The notes beneath the pieces were generated by a model. That model saw only the letters and a program-made list of their open reading frames with translations. It ran no database searches and was not told where the DNA came from. Positions 1 to 11,100 of a DNA stretch of 38,283 bases are shown piece after piece. Source of the DNA: Seison nebaliae (Eukaryota); contig JALJEE010002839.1 in assembly GCA_023231475.1 (NCBI GenBank), forward strand, positions 62,001 to 100,283, written 5' to 3'. How positions within the stretch are numbered: position 1 is the stretch's first letter; each line of letters starts with the position of its first letter. The position numbers and the translations under genes are program-made.

Positions 1-3000
1 TTTCGCCATCTTTTGAATAAGCTGCATTAGGTACTGGACTTCCACTGTATGGTACTCGGATTTTCATCACTTCTCCTTCCTTCACTCGTAATTCCATATT
101 GCGGGAATCCATATTAATTTGAGGAGGACAATCTGCAGGAGCTGCTCGAATTGATTCTTCAGTTTCTTTCCATTTTCCCGTTCCTGCTTTATTAACGGCA
201 GCTACTCGAAAATCATAATCTGTACCATCTTGTAAATTCTTGACGGTATAATGATTATCCAGAATTTCTCCATGAGATGCTTTTTGCCAATCTCGATCAC
301 CTTTCTTCTTTTTCTCGACAACATATCCAGTGATTGGAGAACCGCCATCTCTAACCGGTTTCTCCCATGTCAATGAAATCGTATCTTCAGTATGTTCATT
401 ACAAGTTGGTACACCACAACTCTCAGGTCGTTTGAATGGCCATTCGGCAGTTACTGGTTCATCAATAACTAATGGTTCTGATTGACCATATTGATTTTGT
501 GCGATAACACGGAATTCATATGCAGTTCCTTCATCTAAACCTTTAATTGGTGCAGCAGTACCATGTTGGAGAGGAGCAGCTTTAACCCATTTGTCCGAAT
601 CTTTCTCACGTTTCTCAACCAAATAAGTAAATAGATCATCACCACCATCTTCTTTCGGAGCATCCCATGTTAATTTACATGATTCTGCATCCATTTCACT
701 TACCTTTAATGGACCTTCAGGTGCACTTGGTGAATCTAAAACTTTCACTTTTACAATCGCCACATTTTCACCTAAACGGTTCTTTAATTTTAGTTTATAT
801 AATCCTGAATCACTTCGTTTTGCTCCTTGCGTGGTAAGATGAGCACAATTATCATCGAAATTGATATGAACACGATCATCCTGTGTTATTTCATCATCAT
901 TATTTGTCCACTCTGTTATTGGTTTCGGTACGGCTTTAAATGGAATATGCATTTCAAAATCTTGACCAGCTCTAACAACAATGTCTTTCATGGCATCGAC
1001 ATCCAAGAATTCAGGTGGTGTCGGTTGATCTTCAATAACAACATACTCTGTCGCTTTTGAAGGTTCTCCTAAACCGGCCTTATCTGTTTTTGCTCTAACT
1101 CTAAATTGACAATTCTCCTTTTCAGGTAATCCGTGAACTGTTCCTTTGATTGATTGACCAATTGGTAATTTAGTATCGGCAGGAATTTCAGCGACCTTCT
1201 CCCAACCTTTCGCACCATCACCTCGTGTCTTCTTCTCAATAACATATTCGGTAATTGGTGAGCCACCATCAGATAACGGTTTATGCCATGATAACGATAC
1301 AGAATCTTTAGTTATTTCATCTAATCTAGGTTGATCTGGAGCATCTGCAGGAAATACTGGTGTTTCAGCTGTCTGTGGTTCAGACGGCTTACTTGGAGAA
1401 CCAGGTCCAGCATCATTGATGGCTTTAACACGAAATTCATAAACATTATTCTCTTGCAATCCCGTCACATTATAATCAGTTCCTGAACATGGATATGATG
1501 TAACTGGTTGCCATTCACGACCATGTTTATCTTTCATTTCAACAGTATAACCTTCAATGGGACTACCACCGTCATTATTCGGTTTCTCCCATTTCAATTT
1601 GATATTTCTTGGTCCATATTCAACAACTTCGGGTTGAGAAGGTGCTGATGGTGGATCGTATGGTGGTTTAACTACCACTTCCTTAGCTGTTTCAATAGGT
1701 TCTCCAACACCAAATATGTTTTCGGCACTTACTCGGAACTTATAAGCTTTATTCATTTCTAAATTTTTCACTTCTGCCGTTTGCATATTACTTCCGCTCG
1801 GTTTAACGATTGCATGACATGGTACCCAATCAGATGTTCCTTCCAAACATTTCTCAATCACATAATCAGTGACTTCAGCTCCGCCTGTCTGCTTAGGTGG
1901 TTTCCATTGTAACTTAGCCGAATTTTTAGTAGTCTCTTTAACTTCTAATGGTCCTTCACATTTACCTGGTTTATCAAGCACAACAACCGGAATTTCGATT
2001 TCAGCTTCTCCTGAAGAATTCTTCAAAATACACTTATATTTACCCATGTCATCTTTAGATGCTCGGGGTACATGTAATTTTGCCTTTTCTTCATCTGATG
2101 ATAAAGACGCTCGATCTCCAACTTTAATTGGTTCGCCGTCTTTAAACCATTCGACTTCGGGTATAGGACTACCATCAATTGGTAATTCGATATCAATCGG
2201 TTCTCCAGCTTTTACACGCAATTCCTTACCGAACAATCCCGGATCAATGAAAAATGGTTTTTCATGTTCTGGTTTCGCCGGAATTAAACCACTACCTTTG
2301 CTTGGTGGTGATTCTCCAGCCTCATTAATTGCGATAACACGATAATCATATTCTTTGCCTTCTCGAACATTATTATCCATATAATTCGGTTCTCGTAATA
2401 ATTGATCGCGGGATAATCGTACCCATTTATCTTCTTTAGAAGGTCGCGGTTTCAATTGTTTCTTTCTACCACCAACTCGAACTGGTGATTCAGCTACTGG
2501 TTGTTCGGCGCTCTTCTTTTTTGTCACTTCACGTCTTTCGATAACATATCCTTTAATTGGTGCACCACCATCATTTCTTGGTGGGTCCCATGAAACTTCG
2601 ATAAATGATCGATCGCGACCAATACATTCTGGTGTCATTGGAGCATCAGGTTCAACAAATGGATTTTTTGCTTCAGTTGCAGCTTCTGTGATTAAAGGTT
2701 CAGAAACACCTTCAGTATTTTCAGCAATTACTCTAAATTCATATTCATCACCTTCCTTCAATCGATTGATGGGACAAGATGTTGATGTCGGTCTCACGTC
2801 GCTCACTGGTTCCCATGAGCCGCCTTTGGAAACATTTCGTTTTTCAACAATATAATTCTTTATCGGAACACCACCATCATCAGCTGGTGCTTTCCATTGA
2901 ATTTCACAACGATTTGCAAACACTTCTTGTACTTTTAAAGGACCACCAGGTATATTCGGTTTAGAGAGAACTGTCACATCAACTGTTCCTGTTTCATGAC

Positions 3001-5153
3001 CACTACTATTTGTCAATGTCAAATAATATATGTTGGTATCAGATCGTTTCGCATTTGTTATCGTTAATTTTGCATTCTTTTCATTCGATGACATTGATGT
3101 TCGATCATCTGCTGCCAATAAAACATCAGCTCGTTTCCATGATGCTTCCGGTTCAGGTTCTGCAAAGAAAGTCGTGTTAATATTGATCGTTTGTCCAGCC
3201 TTAACTACGATTGGTTTCATACTCATTTTATCTAATCGTGGTCGAACATATCTCGGTTTAGCGATAGTCGACGCTGATGCTTCACTCGGTTTACCATGAC
3301 CTGCCTTGTTTACAGCACGTACTCGGAACTCGTATTCTTTATTCTCAATCAAATTTGGTACACGACCACGAGTACTCGTCGATAATGATTCGACACCTTT
3401 CGACCAATTTGGTGCACCTTTCTCTCGTTTCTCAATAACATAACCTGTAATTTCTGCTCCTCCATCATCAGTTGGTGACTTCCATTGTAAATCGATATGA
3501 TCGGCATCCCAATCAATAACTTCAGGTGTTCCTGGTGCTCCAGGTTCATCATAAGGATTCTTTGCTAACATCGGAGTTTTCGTCTCTAATGGTTCTGAGA
3601 TACCTTGATCATTACATGCACGAACTCGGAATAAATATTCTTTCTTTTCCGATAAACCTTTCACTTTATAATTCGTCTCATTTGGTGATGTACGTCCTGC
3701 TTCCGTCCATGAACCTCGAGAAGCGTCACATCTCTCAATAATGTATTGAGTCAATGGAGAACCACCATCATCTTTCGGTGCATTCCATGATAAGACAGTT
3801 GAATCTTTTGTTATATTACTAGTTTTGATTGGACCTTCTGGTGCTTCCGGTCTATCAATAACAACCACTTCAATTGGAACTTTCACTTCACCTGATTGAT
3901 TAGCTAATATCAATTCATATGTTCCTCCATCGGCTCTCTTTGTTTTTGGTAACATGAGATTGGCATCTTTAGGACCAACTGACATTTCCACTTTACGAAG
4001 TTCAATCTTTTCTGGGAATTCATTTCCATTCTTCTTCCATCGTCCTTTGGGTATTGGGAAACCGTCATATGGTACGCTAATTTCCAAAGGTTTTCCTGCT
4101 TTCACACTGATCTTCGTTGGTACTTTAGTCATGTCGACTTTCGGTTTCTTCTCACATTCTTTCATCTTAATATTACATTTTGATTTCTTATCTTCGATTT
4201 GCACTGAGTATTCTCCTCCATCTTGCATCGTACTGTTATGGATGATAAGTTGTTGTTTATTACCCGAAGTACGAATCGAATATTTTTCGTCCATTGATGA
4301 AATGGGTACACCAGAACGGAACCATTTGGGTTTGAAATTCGTATCGGTAACTTCCAATTCCAGAACGACATCTGATTCCTCCATTCCCTCAATATCTTCC
4401 AACGGTTTCACAATTTCACAAATCGGTGTAACTGTCAAGATTGTGGAAGTGGATACGGCACCAGTTCTCGCTTCAAATTTACAAGCCGTGTCTTTTCTTT
4501 GTGCTTGTTTCATGATCAATTTTCGAATTTTTCCTTCCGACACAATCTCATATAATGGATCATTAGCCAAATTAATACCATCACGTAACCATTCAACATC
4601 AGCATTATCATCTTCTACTTCCACTTCTAGAACACATGTATCCTTCTCTTTGGTGCTGACGGATGGAGGGAGACGTTTCACTAATTTAAATTGAGGTTCC
4701 TCAATGAACAATGCACATTTACTAATTTCTCCCAACGTATTATCTTCGTTGATGATCTGACATGAATATTCAGCTTCATCTTCTTTCTTCGCTCTTGTTA
4801 AACGAATGAAACATCTCGAATAATCTTTATGAACAACCAAATGAGGATCGGCAACCAATGGAATACTGTTCTTATACCATTTCACTCGTGCATCCGAATT
4901 ATTAATGAAACATTCCATAATTGTCCCTTTCGTACGGAAACATTCCAATCGAGCTGGCATCACTTTAGTGAATTCATATTTTGGTGGCAATGCTTCAACA
5001 GTCAAATAAGCTGCTGTTGAAATATCGTTAATTTTACACGTATATTTTCCTTCATCTTCGGGTACTATCTTGTTAATCACCAACATATACTTACCACCTT
5101 CATTGGACAAATGGAATTTGAATCCATGAAAGATTTCATTCTTATCTTTATAC
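1..5153 (-). CDS. unc-22: Large (>5.1 kb) twitchin exon: end of Ig8, Ig9-Ig12, Fn2, Ig, Fn2, Ig, Fn3, Ig, Fn2, Ig (partial)
   Basis: Minus-strand frame that appears open to the window edge (spot-checked; it is absent from the ORF track, consistent with no stop). Examples: DRPEAPEGPIKTSNITKDSTVLSWNAPKDDGGSPLTQYIIE, DEPGAPGTPEVIDWDADHIDLQW, KPIVVKAGQTININTTFFAEPEPEASW. The acceptor is AAAG at 5154-5157. Confidence 0.93.
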
Positions 5154-8100
5154 CTTTATTCACCATCAACAACGATACAGTTTCACAAATCGAAAATTAT
5201 TCTAACCATCGTAATTTTCCTCCAACTTTGCTAAATTCACATTTGAATACAACTGCTGGTCCGGCTTCTTTCGTAAATTTGTCTTCCAACTCTTTCACGA
5301 ACGTTGCGGCAACCTTAAAAACGGAAAATTATCAATCATCATTTTTTTAGAACATCTTTCCCAAATTATATTCCCCAAAATACAGGAAGAAAAGGTTGTT
5401 TTGTTTCAAAAGAAGAAGAAAAGATCTGTTAAATGTTAAAACGTATTTATAAAAGAAGATAATGAAGAAGAAGAAAACTAATCGGAAACAACCAAAAATT
5501 GAAGATTTCGTGAAAATCTAACTCACAAAACAAATGGAATATAGAAGAAGGTTTTTTTTTCAAATTTTGTGCAATTATCAGTGAAATAAACAAATAATTT
5601 TTTTGTGTAATGGAGGATCTATATTTCGACAAATTCGCGTACTACAACTCCTAAAATAATCACTATTGTAATTAAACGGTTAAAAAGAACTACTACCAAA
5701 AAAGATTGGTTTTGAAAGAAAAAAAAAAGACATTTATATGAAACAAAGAAAATGATGCTTTTGAGAAGGTGTCACTGTTCCCAAGTTAGAAAAGCAGCTA
5801 CTAGAATGTAGAGAATAATGGTGTGTTGGAAGAAAGATGAAAAGGAATCTAAAAGTTTCTTTGAACATAATTCGTTTCTTTCTTTTCCGTTTTTATGAGA
5901 GTTGACAATTCTCTATTTTTTCCATTCTCCAGACAAAGAATGATCATGTTCGACTACAGAGATGTTTGAAGAAATTGCCACATTTTCTTCTAGCGCAAAA
6001 GCCTCAAGAAAATAAGTTATGTTAAAGATTTAGAAATTGTCGTTTTTTTTTTGTTATTATTTAATAGCATTCCGTTCAGTATAGCAGCGGTGGTGCAGTT
6101 GAGCAAACAACAGTTGTTGAATAAGCGATTATAGAGATAGATGCAAGATTGAGTGGACATTCAGAAAGTGACTAAAAAGAGAAGACGTAGTGATTACATG
6201 CAACAGTTAATATCATCAACATCTTCATGAGCATTCCATAAAGAATGAGATTAAATGAGAGAAATATCTTCCCAATAAGAGACAAAAGAAAATTTCGAAC
6301 AATGAAAAAAAGAGTTTTTGAGAAGAGAAGAAGATTAAAAGATGACGTGAAGTGAAAAACAAAAAAGATGTTGAATTGATCTATCTCTTACCTTCCTTTG
6401 TACTTTTGGTTTCCGTAATTCTGGCCAATCGGGTATTGCTTCAGCAAGCGAATTACGTCGTGTGCTCTTCGAATCACGACGAACATTCAGTGCATTCGAA
6501 TCAACCTGACGTAATGATTCACGACGTGCCTGTAGTGTAGAAGAACGTCGAGATGAAGTAGGTGTTATATCATCAAGTAGTGCTGACTGATAATCGCCGA
6601 AATTATTTACAAATAAAATTTTTTTCATTTAATTTTTTTTTGAAGAAAATTTATAGAAAAGCGAAAATTAAGTAAAAGAAAAGCATTAGCAATCGATGGA
6701 ATCGACGATTTTAGATGAAAATTTTTTTTTTTCGCATGAGACAAATGGACGAATGGTAGAATTATAATTCAATCATTTACATTTCAAGACACAGAAATTT
6801 TTTTTTTCATAGACAAAATAATATTCTCATAACGAATCGCATTAATTGGTGAATGAAATTTAAACACACAAAATGATGAAGACAATTCAAACGAGTCAAC
6901 ACAAGAAAATTTAAGTGAGAAGCAAAGATGGGAATGAATTAAGAAGATGAAATGGAAAGACGATAATAAGAAAAATAATTGCCCAGATATAAGAAATAGT
7001 TGATTTTCATGCATAGAAAATTATTGGAGAAAGAAATCGAATAAAGTCGTCCCCCCAAAACCCCATAGAAAGAAATGGTTAATTTTTTTGATTTGCCATT
7101 TGAGAGAATGATTGTCATATCGAAAACATTTCGATACAACAGAAAGAGAGAAAGAAGATAGAATTAATGAATAATTTCATAAGAACATGCAGGAAAGATT
7201 AGGAAAGAAATGTAAATATGAGAAAAATTTTCATTTAGTGACGATTGGCGACTAAAAAACTTTCAATTGTTTTAAACTTAACAATTCTTACCTCGATACA
7301 CTAAATGTGAGTTTTCGAATGAGAGAGAAAGAAAGAAGGAATTAATTCGATAATTTTCTATTATTTTCCAATTTAATCGAAATTAATTGAATGAAGATTT
7401 TGTGTTCGTTGATTCTCTTAAACTCAAAATAATTATTACTTCGAAAAAATTCGACGATTCGTTTAAACTTAATTCTTTCAATCTCCACAAAATATCTTTT
7501 GATCTTATCGTTCAATTGTTCGAAATGGATTTCCATCCACTACACTTAACTTTCAGTGATGATTAGGAATAGTGCAAACGTTTTGGTGAAGAGAAAGAAT
7601 TTCGATAAATTGATAATGAAAAGATTATCTTAATTACATGAAGAAAATAATAAAGAACTCTATAAATTGTTGGGTAGTGCACGGTTGGTGTGATGAGAAC
7701 AGAATAAACTTAAAATTGCATTGATTGAATGTCAACTGATAAAGATGCAAGAGAAACTAAATTATCCATTCGGTTGGAATGATAGAAAAAAAGATATTTA
7801 CTGTTGAATCGGATCGCGTTATCCTCAGATCGCCAATGCCCTCCTTCAATAACGGTAGTGTAATATGAAAAGAGAAATATGAAGAATTTTCCACGTTATA
7901 TTTTTTTATCAAAAATGTTCCAAGTCAATTCTTTCAAATACATTATTAAACTATATGGAATGGTGTGATTTCAAGTCAAATGGTCGTGCTATTTTTGAAA
8001 AGAAGATTGCTGAATCGAAATTCAACATTCATCGAATATCATTGATATTGATAAAAAAAAAGGAAAAAGAAAAAGAAGTTTTAAGGAACTAAATGTGAGC

Positions 8101-11100
8101 ATACTAAAATGAAAACAATTCGGGTTTCATGTCATTCTCATACATATTAATACGAATACTAATAATAATAATAATAATAATCATAATAAGAGAAAGAAGG
8201 AGAAGATGTAGAATGAGAACTAGAAGGAATAATGTTCACTTTGATTGATAATGCAATGGTCAAAAGAAGGCAATAATAATTCGATAAGATAAAAATAAAG
8301 GAATTTCCATTCAAATCATCAACATAAATTATTGACCAATAATAATATGTCAGATATAGATATAGGTTGATATGAATATTTTAGAAAGAATAGACAGAAT
8401 GTACTCACCTGAGAATCAAGATCCGAATCTTTTTCCACTGAAATTTTTTTCAAAAAAAATTAATAAAGTTCATTGAAATCATTAGAAATAAGTAGTGGCA
8501 ATGTCGAGTTATAAGAAGAAACCAAATCGGTTTTCGTTAATTTCACAAACAAACGATTAATAGAAAACATTATTTGAATTTTTTTAGGAATTTTTTATTT
8601 GTTCGCTAATTATTTTCGGTTCGGTTTTTCTATGTAATTCATTATATATAATTATACGTTGTATTATTATTAAATTGTTGATCTAATTTTTTATATTCAA
8701 CTGATAAACGAATATTTAATATGGAAAATAAAGATTGGTCAATTTAGGATGTCTATTATTTTGGTTCGATTATAAAGATGTCGATTAAATTCTATATTTG
8801 GAAAAGGAAAATGATAGATTGAGGAATGTAGTTGGGGATGAATGAAGTTTGAGTAAAATTGAACCCTTTCGAAGAGAACCCCAAGCAGGTTTCTCGTCAC
8901 TTTGTTTAACTTTTTTTTTCTTGGAACTTCGTAACATGGTTCGGAAATCAACTCCACCAGTATCAGTTGAAGCTGATTTTCACGAACATGTATGGAAAGA
9001 AGAAAGATGTAAATCATCGCATAGAATGAAGAGAAGCGAAGCAGATCATGCAAAAGAAGAAGAAAAAGTTCCATGCAATTAACATTCCATCTGCAATACT
9101 AACATACAAAAATCGAAAAAATAGCAGAATCTTCTTCGCCATTTTCGTTGAGCAGTCTCACTTGATATTTGGATTCATCATCAAATTTCGTCTTCTTCAA
9201 TGTCAGAATTACCTTACCAGTATCTTCTTCCACGTCGATGAAATATCGGACACCTAATGTCAAATCACGACCACCTTTCGACCAGACGACTCTGGGAAAT
9301 GGATTTCCATTTATTTGGAAAATGACACTCGCGTCACGTCCCTCCACAACGGAACAATTTGCCGGTTTATCCAAAATCGTCGGTTTCATCGGCGACTCGG
9401 GTTTTGGTAAAGAGGCATAATCTTTTGGTGCATCCGAACCATGTCCACCTATTATGGTAATTATGATGATAATTATGATGATAATTTGGATTTGGATTTG
9501 GGAAGGAAATAGACGAATTATGGGATGTACTTCAACTCTACTCTCATTATTTGTTAGAGACGAGTCATAAGAAGAATTTATAGGTGGATTACTAGAAGTT
9601 TTGATGATATTTTGGGAAGACGCGACGGAGAAGAGGAAATATCATAAATGGATTGGACTGACTAGAGGTAGTACAATTTTTTTCGCTATTTACTAATTTT
9701 GAAGTAATTTACCTGAGGAAGCGAGTGAATCGCGATGATCACCTAAGTTCATCAGACGGGAATGTAATTGAAAAAAAATAAATGATAATAGAGTGCAAAT
9801 AAAGTGTGAATAGATTTGTGCATATATGACATGTACATTATATTGTATTGTTGGTATTGGTGAAAGGATAATAATAATAATCATAATATGATAGTGACTT
9901 GATTTGAGGTGTTGTGTAATGGCGTTTGGTGTAAGAAGAGAATAGCACTAACTATTTGATTGAATCGAATTCTTTTTCTTTTGTGGTCGTTTCGGTCCTT
10001 CCGTCTCATAATCTTGAATAAATTAGAATAAAAATTAATTGTTTTTCTAATATGAAACTTAAGAATTCACATATAATATCTAAAATTTTATAATTATTTT
10101 ATAGAAATTAATGAAATAATAAATAATAATAATATATCTAAGAAATAATAATGATCGATAAGTGAAGAGGATACGTGTCTCTACCATTAACATCCAACTC
10201 GACATGTGTGAGAGAAGATGATGGAGAAGAGTTGCTCGAAAGATAAATAGAAATTGTATGAATTCAAATAAATTTAAAATCTAAACCATCCGGTAAACTT
10301 ATAGTGGGTGGAATTATTTTTGGTTCTGGTTCAATTCCATCTGTTTCGAAGAGAAGAAATGAAAGAGGAGATAGGATATATTAAGTAGTTTGAATGTGAA
10401 TCTAAGAAAGAGTATTTGGACAATCAGTGCAAACTAAAGAGAAAAGATGTTAATGTGTTATGGCGTTTTGTCTTCAGTTGAAATGTATGGTATTACTCAC
10501 CGGCTTCCACAGTTATTGTAGCCATTAGTACTGGAGGATAGTTAATGGAGAAGAAAAAGAGAGAGGTTGTATTATGAACGTGCAGAGACAAGTTATTCAA
10601 TTAATTAATTGAGAGAAGCGGTTATGGGAAAAAAGGATGAATCGATGAATCGAATCTTCATCTTTCAGAACATTCATCATTCAAATTCGAAACATCGCTT
10701 TCTCCATAAAACAATTTTGATTTAATCTCAAATTGTTTAGAAGTTTTTCTTCGAAAATAACCTTTCTCTTCCGGTCCGGTTGGAGCTTCTTTCAAAAAAT
10801 TAAAATTATTTTTCAATTTTCAAAATTTAATGAATTAACTTTTCTTTTCCGGTTGCTTCTTCTTCTCATCATTCACATCTTTCACATCATCTAAATATCA
10901 TTTTAACCATCTCTTAATTCAAAATATCATTCCACTAACCTACAATCGTTACTTGACATGCTGATGACGCTTTACCTTTTGGATTCGATGCCTCACACGT
11001 ATATTTGCCAGTATCTTCAACACAAGCATCTTCTATCTCCAATTTAGCCATCTTTCCATCATATGTCACACGAACATCCTTCAAAGAATTATAATGAAAA

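Noticed and set aside
827..5350. Plus-strand ORFs such as 1869-2345 (158 aa) and 3954-4694 (246 aa)
   Set aside because: Antisense shadows of the twitchin reading frame with no recognisable motifs.
5643..5650. Possible microexon after TTTTAG (GAGTTGTA|gtacgc)
   Set aside because: 8 nt would break the frame between phase-0 exons.
7342..7539. Minus-strand 64-aa ORF behind a TAG acceptor, as a possible terminal twitchin exon
   Set aside because: AT-rich, no similarity to anything I recognise and no supporting signal. It cannot be distinguished from intron sequence.
10175..10180. Possible 6-nt twitchin microexon (tag|AGACAC|gtatcc)
   Set aside because: It is frame-compatible, but the donor is weak and such a short pattern is expected by chance.
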